64,000 nucleotides of DNA, taken from contig CAVBQX010000001.1 of assembly GCA_963597755.1 (NCBI GenBank), positions 40,533-104,532 of the forward strand. Direction: 5' to 3'. The notes under the pieces were generated by a model. That model did not search any database. It was not told the DNA's origin and was given only the letters and a program-made list of their open reading frames with translations. Source of the stretch: Segatella copri. GTDB taxonomy: Bacteria > Bacillota > Negativicutes > Acidaminococcales > Acidaminococcaceae. Made by a program: the position numbers and the translations under genes. Shown here piece after piece: positions 27,967 to 37,483 of the stretch. Each line of letters starts with the position of its first letter. Positions within the stretch are counted from its first letter, which is position 1.

Positions 27967-28599
27967 TTACGCCAAAGCTTTATCTGTAAGTAGCAAGAGC
28001 TTTTTCTCCAGCTCCAACGACTGCTCAGCCATATAGGTAAGCTTAGCCACCGCCTGCGCATTAAACTCTTCATCTTTGGTCAGCTTCAGATTGATACGCA
28101 CATTGTAATCAGCACAACGCAGCGCAGCACGCGCCAACAAGCCACTGCAGGCCGCATCAGTAATTACGCCGGGGTTACCAAGCTCTGCCAGCTGCACAGA
28201 GCACTCCAAGATCTCAAATGCAGCAGTAGCTATAGCTAGCGGCACAGCTGCTGCCTGCTTGGCTGCTGCACGGATAGCAGCTGTACGTGCAGCCTTTTGC
28301 TCCTCCGTAGCCTTGGGCAGCTTATAGCAGCCCATAAAGCTATTAAAAACAGCAGCATCATCGGCCACCAGCTCCAAAAGGCGCACACGTCCGGCTTCAG
28401 CCTGCGTTAAAAGCTCCTGCACCTTTGCTTCGTTAGCGGCAAATTTTTCCTTACCGATAGTCAAATTAGCAACCATCGATGACAAGGCAGCTGCCAGCGA
28501 ACCGGCCATGGCAGCACCGCCGCCGCCACCAGGAGCAGGTGCAGCACTTGCCAGCTCTGTCAAAAAATCCTTACAGCTTAAATCAATCAAATTATTCAT
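27967..28599 (-). CDS. Formiminotransferase-cyclodeaminase C-terminal family (cyclodeaminase/cyclohydrolase)
   Basis: LAS.APAPGGG, MVANLT.GK, GNP..I.D, NVRINL motifs. Confidence 0.88.
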   Translation of the reverse strand: MNNLIDLSCKDFLTELASAAPAPGGGGGAAMAGSLAAALSSMVANLTIGKEKFAANEAKVQELLTQAEAGRVRLLELVADDAAVFNSFMGCYKLPKATEEQKAARTAAIRAAAKQAAAVPLAIATAAFEILECSVQLAELGNPGVITDAACSGLLARAALRCADYNVRINLKLTKDEEFNAQAVAKLTYMAEQSLELEKKLLLLTDKALA

Positions 28600-28634
28600 A
28601 ACTTACCCCTCATATAATAAAATAATAATCTAAA

Positions 28635-29039
28635 CTATACCTTGTTCTTTTGCAGCCACCTGCGCACCTGCACTACCGCCGCATAAGCATCCAGCGGTAC
28701 GGGCGGTACTAACAGCCCCAACGGCACTAGCGCACGCCAGCCCTTCGGCGGATTTTCCTGCCAATAAAGCGAGCGCGCTTCCTCGGTGCTGTGTGCTTCA
28801 CCCACCAAGTGTAACTGTGCGTGCGGAAACACCTCGCGCGCAGCTTTGCCAATGGCCTCATGGTTTGTACCATCGCCCATAACAATACAGTTCATCTGCT
28901 CCTGCGCTACAAAAGAGCGTAATTCACAAACAATACTATCTGTTTGCGCAATATGCAGACGGATAATTTTGCCATCCGCCGCCACCAATGCCAGCCCGGT
29001 CTTGCTGCGTCCCGGGTCTATTCCCAGTATGCTATTCAT
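28635..29039 (-). CDS. YqgF/RuvX-like RNase H-fold nuclease
   Basis: ILGIDPGRSKTGLA, E.HST.EAR, D.YAA motifs. Confidence 0.8.
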   Translation of the reverse strand: MNSILGIDPGRSKTGLALVAADGKIIRLHIAQTDSIVCELRSFVAQEQMNCIVMGDGTNHEAIGKAAREVFPHAQLHLVGEAHSTEEARSLYWQENPPKGWRALVPLGLLVPPVPLDAYAAVVQVRRWLQKNKV

Positions 29040-30183
29040 TTACAGGCACCACTTCAAGACGCACACGCACAGGTCCAGCCGTCGTTATATCACCCTTAGC
29101 ATAGGCACGCAAGGTAAAGCTTCCGCTTGTGCGGCGCATAGCATTGGTCGCCTCAATCATCGTTGCTGCGTCCATACTGCCAACCTTGCCCGTCATCGGA
29201 TCGGGCAAAACACCTGCCTTAACGGCATTGTGATTAATCTGCGTCAAGAATTCCATCAGCAGTCCTTCGTAGTTATCGCTGACACCGTTATACATCTGGC
29301 TATAAATCAAGGTGCCGTCAGGATAGATAAACTGGTTATCTACCATCTCGATATCACACACTGCCAGCTCGCCTACAATAATGTTAGCAACTGCCCGTAT
29401 GCGGAAGAGCATATTTCCCTTGCTCTTATCAAGACGTGCTACAGCGTTATCTACAACGTTTTTACCAATCCAGATAGCCTGAAGCGGCTGCTCCTCCTGT
29501 TGGTGCACGTTCAAACGCTGCAGGGCTGCCTCATTGGCATTTTGCAGCAGCCAGTTCATCTGCACAAGGTTTTCCTCATGCTTCAGCCCGCCACGCATAA
29601 CGCCGGCAAAAATAACCTCGCCGGCACGGTAATAAACCTGTCCCTCACGCATATTGATAATACCCTTGCGCAAGGCATCTGTTGTTTTTTCCAGGTCAGC
29701 AACCTCACTTGTCAGCTGCAGCTTAGACTGCGTAAGCGAGCCAACCTCGCTCTGGGCCTGGCTGTACATATCATTGAGCTGCGACAGCTTAGCCTCCATG
29801 GCGTCATTCTCGGCTGTTGCCTCCTGGATTTTGGCATCCAGCTGAGTTATTTTTTTATTTTGGGCATCCACCCTGCCCTTAGCCTCATCTAAGGCCACTG
29901 CAGCATCTGCCTTTTCCTGATTCAAAAGCTTCAGCTCCTGCTGCAGCTTTTCCATACCAAATAACGCAGTACGCGCACTCTGCGATGCCACAGCCATTAC
30001 ACCTATGGTCAGCACAGCTATAATCGTACCACTGAGTACCGTTAGTAATATTGACGTATATTTAGGCCGCAGCCCAAACACCGACATTCTTTTTTTGCCT
30101 ATTTTGCTGCCCATCTTGTCAGCAATATAGGCAATAAGGCCACCTACAATGGCCATCAGCACAATTAATCTGATGCCTACCAA
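29032..30183 (-). CDS. DUF3084 membrane-anchored coiled-coil protein
   Basis: GG.IAY..D..G.KIGKKR.S.FGLRPKYT motif, two TMs, long coiled coil. Confidence 0.82.
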   Translation of the reverse strand: MVGIRLIVLMAIVGGLIAYIADKMGSKIGKKRMSVFGLRPKYTSILLTVLSGTIIAVLTIGVMAVASQSARTALFGMEKLQQELKLLNQEKADAAVALDEAKGRVDAQNKKITQLDAKIQEATAENDAMEAKLSQLNDMYSQAQSEVGSLTQSKLQLTSEVADLEKTTDALRKGIINMREGQVYYRAGEVIFAGVMRGGLKHEENLVQMNWLLQNANEAALQRLNVHQQEEQPLQAIWIGKNVVDNAVARLDKSKGNMLFRIRAVANIIVGELAVCDIEMVDNQFIYPDGTLIYSQMYNGVSDNYEGLLMEFLTQINHNAVKAGVLPDPMTGKVGSMDAATMIEATNAMRRTSGSFTLRAYAKGDITTAGPVRVRLEVVPVNE

Positions 30184-30217
30184 GTACTCACCTCCACTCT
30201 GTTATTCTCTAATTCTC

Positions 30218-31309
30218 TTAGGCGTTTTTCTTCTTCATCAGGTACAAGCCTACACCCAGGCACAGTATGTTAGGCAGCGCACAGGCCAGAAGCGGCGGCA
30301 TGGCTCCACCCTTGCCCAAGCCGGTGGTGAAGGTCATAATCGCATAGTAAATAAAGATAACGATAATACTAATGCCCAAGCCGATGGACGAGCTAGTACG
30401 TTGCTTTTGGGTCCCCAGGCAGGCGCCGATCATCGCAAAGAAAAAGCTTGCCAGCGGAATATTGATACGCATAAAAATTTCGCACCATTGGCGTGCTGCA
30501 GAGGTTTGCTGCGCCTCCAGCATACTGATATACTCACGCAGCTCGCGGATGGTCATCTCCTCAGGCTCCTTCTGTTCCCAGGAAATCTGTTTGGGTGAAA
30601 AATTCAGAGGAATAATCTGCTCCGTAAATTTAGCACTGCTCTGTACACCATCCTCGTCATCTAAAGCAAAAACACTGCCATTAACAATACGCCAGCTTCC
30701 GTTTTCCCAATAGCCTTCCTTGGCAGTTTGGATACGGGAAATTTTCCCCTTATTAAATTCTTCAATAGTGATATCGGTCATCTTACCCAGCTTTTCATCA
30801 AATTTGTTAGCGTAGGTAACGCGCTGCGTATCACCACTGATGGTTTTAATAATGATGTGATCCTGCGTCGTCGGCCGCGTATTATGACGGATCTCCTCGT
30901 TCAGGATTATCGACGCAGTCGCCTTAGATGTCGGCACCACCTTTTCTGCCCACACCATTGAAAACATGCTGACAAAAAAGCCTACAACAAGCACCGGTGC
31001 AACAATGCGGTAATAGCTTACGCCACCGGCCTTCATAGCGGTGATTTCACTAGAACCCGAAAGCTTGCCAAAGGCCATAAGTGCTGCCAAAAGCATGGAC
31101 ATGGGGAAGGTATAGTTGATAACCTCGGGCAGGTTGTACATAAACAGACGTGCCACCGTTTCCAGCGGTGCGCCATACTTTGTCATGTATTGCGTAATTT
31201 TAAACAGCATAGTGCTGGCGATAAAAATACTGGAGAAAGCGGCAATACCGAAAACGAAGGGGTATAACAGCTCCTTCAATACATAACGGTCTAATAAACG
31301 TAATCGCAC
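30218..31309 (-). CDS. LPS export permease LptF/LptG (single gene)
   Basis: LLDRYVLKE and SSEITAMKAGGVS motifs; next to lptB. Confidence 0.9.
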   Translation of the reverse strand: MRLRLLDRYVLKELLYPFVFGIAAFSSIFIASTMLFKITQYMTKYGAPLETVARLFMYNLPEVINYTFPMSMLLAALMAFGKLSGSSEITAMKAGGVSYYRIVAPVLVVGFFVSMFSMVWAEKVVPTSKATASIILNEEIRHNTRPTTQDHIIIKTISGDTQRVTYANKFDEKLGKMTDITIEEFNKGKISRIQTAKEGYWENGSWRIVNGSVFALDDEDGVQSSAKFTEQIIPLNFSPKQISWEQKEPEEMTIRELREYISMLEAQQTSAARQWCEIFMRINIPLASFFFAMIGACLGTQKQRTSSSIGLGISIIVIFIYYAIMTFTTGLGKGGAMPPLLACALPNILCLGVGLYLMKKKNA

Positions 31310-31323
31310 TTTTCTTCCTCCTA

Positions 31324-32043
31324 CTACATGCTAAAGTTATCGCCCAGGTAATACTTACGGGCGATAGGATCACTGGCAATGGTTTCACTGTCGCCATGCA
31401 GCAAAATCTTGCCCTCTGCCAAAATATAGGCTTTATCTACAATGCTCAATGTTTCACGTACATTGTGGTCAGTAATCAACACGCCAATGCCACGCTTGGC
31501 CAGATGCGCGATCATCCCCTGGATATCGGCTACCGCGATCGGGTCAATACCGGCGAATGGCTCATCAAGCAAAATAAAGGCCGGGTCTGTAGCCAGCGCG
31601 CGCGCAATCTCTACGCGGCGGCGTTCACCACCGGAAAGCGCCTTACCCTCGCTCTTACGCACATGGCCCAAGCGGAACTCATCAATCAGAGCGTTCATCT
31701 TGGCTTCACGCTCCTCAGAGCTTAGGCTGGTGGTTTCCAATATAGCCATAATATTATCCTCAACCGTCATCTTGCTGAAGATAGAAGCCTCCTGCGGCAG
31801 ATAGCCAATACCTGCGCGCGCACGTTCATACATCGGCATTGTCGAAATATCTTTGTCGTCAAGCATTACTGTACCGGCATCAGGACGCTCAATCCCAACT
31901 ATCATATAAAAAGTGGTAGTCTTGCCTGCGCCGTTCGGGCCCAAAAGACCCACAACGCTTCCCTGCTCCACACTAATACTAACGCCATCGACAACATGAC
32001 GTGTATTATAAATTTTTACAAGATTGTCTGTTTTTATAACCAA
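31324..32043 (-). CDS. lptB: LPS export ABC ATPase
   Basis: [41 protein letters not shown]. Confidence 0.96.
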   Translation of the reverse strand: MVIKTDNLVKIYNTRHVVDGVSISVEQGSVVGLLGPNGAGKTTTFYMIVGIERPDAGTVMLDDKDISTMPMYERARAGIGYLPQEASIFSKMTVEDNIMAILETTSLSSEEREAKMNALIDEFRLGHVRKSEGKALSGGERRRVEIARALATDPAFILLDEPFAGIDPIAVADIQGMIAHLAKRGIGVLITDHNVRETLSIVDKAYILAEGKILLHGDSETIASDPIARKYYLGDNFSM

Positions 32044-32061
32044 GACAGTGTCCTCCGCTTC

Positions 32062-32832
32062 TTAGGCCACAGCCTTCGTTTCACTGCTTTGCTGCTCTTT
32101 ATTGGTCAGCGCAGGCTGCTTTTCGGGGATATAGACAATATCAACATTGCCGTCAGCGAAAGCAACGTTGGTATTGCTCAAGCGCAGCTTGTCACCGGCA
32201 ACACTGTTACCGTTTTGCGTTGCCTTGGCATTGCCAATCAGCTCAACGTAACCGCTGTTATCAGTCTTATAAACTGCACTGTCGCTGGAGGCAGTCAGAT
32301 TACGCGCATCACTGCGGATATCTACACCGCCATAAGCGTTTGCCACGCCCCGCGCCATATCATAATCAATTTTAGCAGCATTCAAAACGCTGCCATCTGA
32401 GTCTGTCAGACGTGCCCAGCCGCCAACGGTTTCGGCAAACTGGCGTCCCTTGTAATAATCAACGCGGTCCGAGCTCAGGCTTTTGCCTGCCTTGGTAACC
32501 ACTGCGCCGCCTACTGCGGACAGATCATTTTCATTGTGTACGATAAACTCATTACACACAATATGAGCATCATCGCGGTCAGCAATAACGTTGCCTGTCA
32601 GCACGCCGCTTTTGCTTTTGCTGTTAAACTTAGCATAGTTAGCAGTAGCCCTGCCACCATCCTGCATAAGCACAACATTTCCCTTAGCAACGGCCTCACC
32701 GGTCTGAAGATCATATTCTAACTCGTCAGCCTGCACGCTAAAGCTCCCAGGAGCAGCAAGCGCTGTTGTTGTCATGCCTGCTGCTAAAATTGCAGCAGCT
32801 GCTGTAATCAGTAACCTATTTTTCCAAGTCAT
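32062..32832 (-). CDS. lptA: LptA/OstA beta-jellyroll LPS transport protein
   Basis: Signal peptide; repeated AD...Y / A.G.V jellyroll pattern; lptC-lptA-lptB order. Confidence 0.8.
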   Translation of the reverse strand: MTWKNRLLITAAAAILAAGMTTTALAAPGSFSVQADELEYDLQTGEAVAKGNVVLMQDGGRATANYAKFNSKSKSGVLTGNVIADRDDAHIVCNEFIVHNENDLSAVGGAVVTKAGKSLSSDRVDYYKGRQFAETVGGWARLTDSDGSVLNAAKIDYDMARGVANAYGGVDIRSDARNLTASSDSAVYKTDNSGYVELIGNAKATQNGNSVAGDKLRLSNTNVAFADGNVDIVYIPEKQPALTNKEQQSSETKAVA

Positions 32833-32833
32833 A

Positions 32834-33388
32834 TTATTCGCCGCCTTTCTCAACCTTAGCATTGCCCTTGAGCTTTACGTTCTTGAGGGCAGTTGTCGTT
32901 TCTGCACTGTCACTGGTTGCAGTATATGCATCCTTATGCAGCTTAAAATGTCCCGTGGCCGTAATCAGCTCCTTAGTCTGATTCCAGGTGATTTTATCTG
33001 CATAAAGCTCACCGCCTGTATTTAATACAGCTTTGATGTTGCCTTCTAACGAAAAGTCGTTACCCTTGACATCGGCAGAGCCCTTATCAGCCGAAATATC
33101 AAGAAAGCTGCCATCCGCACGGTAAATTTTACCCTTGATGCCCTTTAGGTAGGCTGTATTTTTAGCCTTGTCGTTCACAACTTCCTCAACGGTAAATTCC
33201 CACAGCTTCCTGCCGTCCTTTTCACGCTGCAGCACGCTGTTTTTCAGCGAAGCATTAATCTGTGCCGTAACACCCTCGCCAGGCTTAATAGTTACGGGCT
33301 TATTACCTCCCAGCATCAGCCAGGCAATGATCCCGCCGGCAATAACAATGCCAGCAAGTATAGCTAAGACTCCTTTTTTATTGTTCAT
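32834..33388 (-). CDS. lptC: LPS export periplasmic protein
   Basis: Single N-terminal TM plus beta-rich domain; synteny. Confidence 0.8.
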   Translation of the reverse strand: MNNKKGVLAILAGIVIAGGIIAWLMLGGNKPVTIKPGEGVTAQINASLKNSVLQREKDGRKLWEFTVEEVVNDKAKNTAYLKGIKGKIYRADGSFLDISADKGSADVKGNDFSLEGNIKAVLNTGGELYADKITWNQTKELITATGHFKLHKDAYTATSDSAETTTALKNVKLKGNAKVEKGGE

Positions 33389-34280
33389 CAGCCTGCTTTT
33401 CCTCCTCAGGTGGGGTATAAGGTGTATTCCAGCGATGCTGGAACCACAGCCAGTTGTCCGGATACCGTTTTATTATCCGTTCAACCTCCTGCGTCATTTT
33501 TAGTGTTACATTATAATCATCCTGCTTTTTATCGCCGGTATCCTCATAACGTATAGGGTCACGTATAATAGCAGTGTGACCATAACCATCAGGGTTACGC
33601 ACGATAAAAATGGGGATAATCGGTGCCTTGAACTTGCGCGAAAAATATGCCGGACCTGTAGGCGTAGAAGCCATCTTGCCTAGGAACGGAACAAAAATGC
33701 CATCATAGCCGCCGTCCTGGTCAGCAATCAATCCCAGCATGCGCCCTTTTTTCATAGCACGTGCGCAGCCAAGAATTTCGCTGGTTCCACGCGAAAATAT
33801 TTCCTGCCCCACGCCCTTGCGCAGCTCATTCATAAAATCACTGTATACACGGTTCGGCTGTGGCTTTTCTACAGCACTCAGCGGGAAACCGTTCAGTGCC
33901 AGGCCTGCCCCCAGCCATTCCCAGTTATCCATATGGCAGGCCAGCATAACAACTCCCTTACCCTCAGACAGCGTTTCCCACAAAACCTCCGGACGGTCAA
34001 ATTTAACCAAGCCACGGATATTATCCTTATTTAATGCTGGCATATACAACATTTCCATAAAGGTGATACCCAAATTAACAAACAGCGATTTAATCGTCGC
34101 CTGTGCCTGCTCCTCACTGTAGCCCAGACGCTCGCGGATGGTTTCTTCAGCGCGTACGCGCTGCTTTTTGGCGATTTTGTGATATAGGTGGCCCATACCC
34201 TTGCCGATAATTACAATTAGCTTATAGGGAAGCCAGGAAATTATCGTACTCATTGTTTTTAATAAATAGTAAAGCCACAT
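33378..34280 (-). CDS. Lipid A late acyltransferase (LpxL/HtrB family)
   Basis: HMDNWE, ADQD, W.W...RW motifs. Confidence 0.88.
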   Translation of the reverse strand: MWLYYLLKTMSTIISWLPYKLIVIIGKGMGHLYHKIAKKQRVRAEETIRERLGYSEEQAQATIKSLFVNLGITFMEMLYMPALNKDNIRGLVKFDRPEVLWETLSEGKGVVMLACHMDNWEWLGAGLALNGFPLSAVEKPQPNRVYSDFMNELRKGVGQEIFSRGTSEILGCARAMKKGRMLGLIADQDGGYDGIFVPFLGKMASTPTGPAYFSRKFKAPIIPIFIVRNPDGYGHTAIIRDPIRYEDTGDKKQDDYNVTLKMTQEVERIIKRYPDNWLWFQHRWNTPYTPPEEEKQADEQ

Positions 34281-34918
34281 TATTGTCTATCTCCTTGTCC
34301 GCCTTCGCTGTATGCCTGCACAATATCATCCCATTTATTCTGCGACATAAGAATCAGCTCTATCGCCTCACGCACCGCTCCTCTGCCACCGTCATTAAGC
34401 AGCACAAAATCAGCTACGTCAAGAGCAGCATCAGCAGCATCAGCCGGTGCAAAGGATAAACCACAACAAAGCATTGGTGGTAAATCGTTCAGATCATCGC
34501 CGATATAGGCTGCCTGCTTAAAGCTGAGATTATTTTGCCGAACCAATTGCCTGAGTGCAGCTTCCTTGTCACGCACACCCTCCAGCACAGTAGTAATCCC
34601 CAGCTCCTCGGCCCTGCGGCGTATAATCTCGCTTTTGCGTCCTGTGATAATCGCGACCTTAATGCCACTGCGCAGCGCGCAGCTTATGCCCATGCCATCC
34701 TTAGCGTTGAAGCCCTTAAAGACCTCGCCCTCGTTACCAATGTAAATAGTTCCGTCTGTAAGTACGCCATCAACATCCAAGACGAGTAATTTTATCTTCT
34801 TTGCGGCCTGTTCACAGGTACGAACAAATTCATCGTCCTCATCTTCGTAAAAATACTCCTCTTCATCAGAAAAGTCTTCAGCAAATATATTCTTTATATC
34901 TTCAGCAGATAATCGCAT
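34280..34918 (-). CDS. kdsC: KDO 8-phosphate phosphatase with acidic N-terminal extension
   Basis: DVDGVLTDG, GDDLND, GGRGAVRE. Confidence 0.93.
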   Translation of the reverse strand: MRLSAEDIKNIFAEDFSDEEEYFYEDEDDEFVRTCEQAAKKIKLLVLDVDGVLTDGTIYIGNEGEVFKGFNAKDGMGISCALRSGIKVAIITGRKSEIIRRRAEELGITTVLEGVRDKEAALRQLVRQNNLSFKQAAYIGDDLNDLPPMLCCGLSFAPADAADAALDVADFVLLNDGGRGAVREAIELILMSQNKWDDIVQAYSEGGQGDRQ

Positions 34919-35892
34919 TATACCACTCCCTGCCGTACCAGGTCCGTCATATGCAACAAACCTATAACCTTATTATCGGCATCAATAACTGGCAGCACGG
35001 TTATCGGTTTTGGCTTATTGCTTTCCATCAAATGCAAGGCCTGTGCTGCCAGCTTGTCTTCAGTAATGGTCTTAGGCGATTTGGTCATCAGCTCACATAC
35101 CGGGCGCTGTAAAAAATCCACGCCCTTGCTCAAGCCGCGGCGGATATCGCCATCAGTAAGCACGCCCTGCATTACGCCGTCAGCATCCACAACGCTGACT
35201 GCGCCAAGACCTTTATCCGTAATAACAAACAGTGCCTCTTGAACTGTAGTGTCGCCCAAAACAGTAGGATTTTCGCTGCCCTTGTGCATAATATTGCCCA
35301 CAGTCAAAAGCAGCTTGCGTCCTAAGCTGCCGCCTGGATGGAAAATAGCGAACTGGCTGGCAGTAAAGTTGTGCTTTTTAAGCAGTGCCAAGGCCAGCGC
35401 GTCGCCATAAGCCAGGGCAGCGGTAGTGCTGCTGGTTGGTGCCAGCCCCAAGGGGCAGGCCTCCCTGCTTACGCCTACGTTCAGAACTACGTCTGCATTT
35501 TTGCCCAATGTAGAATCCGGTTTACCAACCATGGCGATAATCTTGGCACCAATACGGCGCAAGGACGGCAAAATATTGAGTACCTCACCAGTTTCACCAC
35601 TATTAGACAGCGCGATCACTACGTCACTTTCCGTAACCATGCCCAAGTCACCATGAATACCTTCAGCAGGATGCAGATAAAATGACGGTGTACCGGTGCT
35701 GGCCAGCGTTGCGGCTATTTTGCGGCCGATCAGGCCGGACTTGCCCATACCGGTAATGACCGTACGTCCCTGGCAATCTAAAATCATTTTCACCGCAGCA
35801 GCAAAATTATCATCTATGCGCGGCACCAGCTCCAAAACAGCCTCTGCCTCCATGCGCAGCACATCACGAGCATGCTCTAGCATTGCTTCCAT
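34918..35892 (-). CDS. kdsD: Arabinose-5-phosphate isomerase (SIS + CBS)
   Basis: GMGKSG, HGDLG, APTSST, HPGG.LG, TDGD.RR. Confidence 0.95.
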   Translation of the reverse strand: MEAMLEHARDVLRMEAEAVLELVPRIDDNFAAAVKMILDCQGRTVITGMGKSGLIGRKIAATLASTGTPSFYLHPAEGIHGDLGMVTESDVVIALSNSGETGEVLNILPSLRRIGAKIIAMVGKPDSTLGKNADVVLNVGVSREACPLGLAPTSSTTAALAYGDALALALLKKHNFTASQFAIFHPGGSLGRKLLLTVGNIMHKGSENPTVLGDTTVQEALFVITDKGLGAVSVVDADGVMQGVLTDGDIRRGLSKGVDFLQRPVCELMTKSPKTITEDKLAAQALHLMESNKPKPITVLPVIDADNKVIGLLHMTDLVRQGVV

Positions 35893-35913
35893 GTTTGTAT
35901 AACCTACCTTTGC

Positions 35914-36732
35914 TTAACCACGGACGATCTTATCAATCGCCAATACATCTGTTAAAAGCTTTTCCAGATCATCCAGCTTAACCATGTTCGGGCCATCGCT
36001 CAACGCCTCTGCCGGATTATCATGCACCTCCAAGAACAGTGCATCAATACCTACAGCAGCTGCCGCACGCGCCATATGCGGCACGTATTGGCTCTGCCCG
36101 CCGCTTGATGTTCCCTGTCCACCAGGAATCTGCACGCTATGGGTGGCATCCATCACTACAGGATAGCCCAGCTCGCGCATAATCGCCAGTCCGCGCATAT
36201 CCGTAACCAGAGTGTTGTAACCAAAGCTCGCACCACGCTCAGTCAAAAGCAGATTGTGGTTGCCTGCTTCTTCCACCTTTTTGACAACATTTTTCATATC
36301 CCAGGGAGCAAGAAACTGCCCTTTTTTTACGTTAATAGTCCTGCCTGTTTTAGCAGCAGCGTACACCAAATCTGTCTGGCGGCACAAAAATGCCGGTATT
36401 TGCAGAATATCAACTACCTCGGCAGCCTTTTCTGCCTGCCATGGCTCATGAATATCAGTAACAACGGGCACATTCAAATCCTTTTTGATCTGTGCCAAAA
36501 GCTTTAAGCCTTCTTCAATGCCGGGACCGCGAAAGGATGCATAAGAGGAACGGTTGGCCTTGTCGAAAGAAGCCTTAAACACATAAGGAATGCCCAGCTT
36601 TTCGCAAATAGCCTTTGTGCGCTGCCCAATCATCAGGCTGCGTTCGTAGCCCTCCAATACACAGGGACCTGCCATCAGCATCAGGGGATGTCCCTGTCCA
36701 ACCTCATAGTTACCAACTTTTACGATTTGCAT
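35914..36732 (-). CDS. kdsA: KDO 8-phosphate synthase
   Basis: [31 protein letters not shown]. Confidence 0.97.
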   Translation of the reverse strand: MQIVKVGNYEVGQGHPLMLMAGPCVLEGYERSLMIGQRTKAICEKLGIPYVFKASFDKANRSSYASFRGPGIEEGLKLLAQIKKDLNVPVVTDIHEPWQAEKAAEVVDILQIPAFLCRQTDLVYAAAKTGRTINVKKGQFLAPWDMKNVVKKVEEAGNHNLLLTERGASFGYNTLVTDMRGLAIMRELGYPVVMDATHSVQIPGGQGTSSGGQSQYVPHMARAAAAVGIDALFLEVHDNPAEALSDGPNMVKLDDLEKLLTDVLAIDKIVRG

Positions 36733-36748
36733 ATCCAGCCTCCTAGCC

Positions 36749-37483
36749 TTATTTATTCATCTTGGCAAACAGCTCGTTTACTGCAGCCAAATCCTCGGGG
36801 GTATCAACGCCAATGCCCTGGAAATCACTTTCCAGAACCTTAATCTTATAACCATTTTCTAAAGCACGCAGCTGCTCCAGGCTTTCGGCACGCTCTAGCG
36901 GGGTAGGCTGCAGGGCTGCATACTTTAGCAGGAAGCTGCGACGGTAAGCATAAATACCCACATGCTTATACACCTTGTAATCCTCAGGTTTATTACGGGG
37001 ATAAGGCATCAGGCTACGCGAAAAATACAATGCGTAGCCATTGAAATCGGTCACAACCTTGACTGCGGCAGGATTATCATAATCTTCTTCGTTCATGGCC
37101 ACCTTCAGTGTAGCCATCTTCAAATCTGCGTCATTTTCAAAGGCAGCTGCCAAGCGGTCAATTACTTCTGGCGGAATCATAGGCTCATCTCCCTGCACAT
37201 TCACGATAACGTCAACATCAGGATAATTTAAAGCCACCTCAGCTAAGCGGTCAGTACCGCTCGGATGATCCGGGGAAGTCATCATCGCCTTGCCGCCAAA
37301 GCTGTCAACAGCATTTTTTACAAGCTCATTATCAGTCGCCACAACCACCTCATCCGGCAGTTTGGCCTGACAGGCGCGTTCGTATACACGCTGAATCATA
37401 GGCTTGCCTGCAATCATAGAAAGCGGCTTACCTGGCAGACGTGTTGAAGCATAACGCGCAGGAATTACACACAAAACTTTCAT
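36749..37483 (-). CDS. kdsB: CMP-KDO synthetase
   Basis: [32 protein letters not shown]. Confidence 0.97.
   Translation of the reverse strand: MKVLCVIPARYASTRLPGKPLSMIAGKPMIQRVYERACQAKLPDEVVVATDNELVKNAVDSFGGKAMMTSPDHPSGTDRLAEVALNYPDVDVIVNVQGDEPMIPPEVIDRLAAAFENDADLKMATLKVAMNEEDYDNPAAVKVVTDFNGYALYFSRSLMPYPRNKPEDYKVYKHVGIYAYRRSFLLKYAALQPTPLERAESLEQLRALENGYKIKVLESDFQGIGVDTPEDLAAVNELFAKMNK

Noticed and set aside
27805..28073. Short ORFs overlapping tRNA-Ser
   Set aside because: Explained by the tRNA gene and its promoter.
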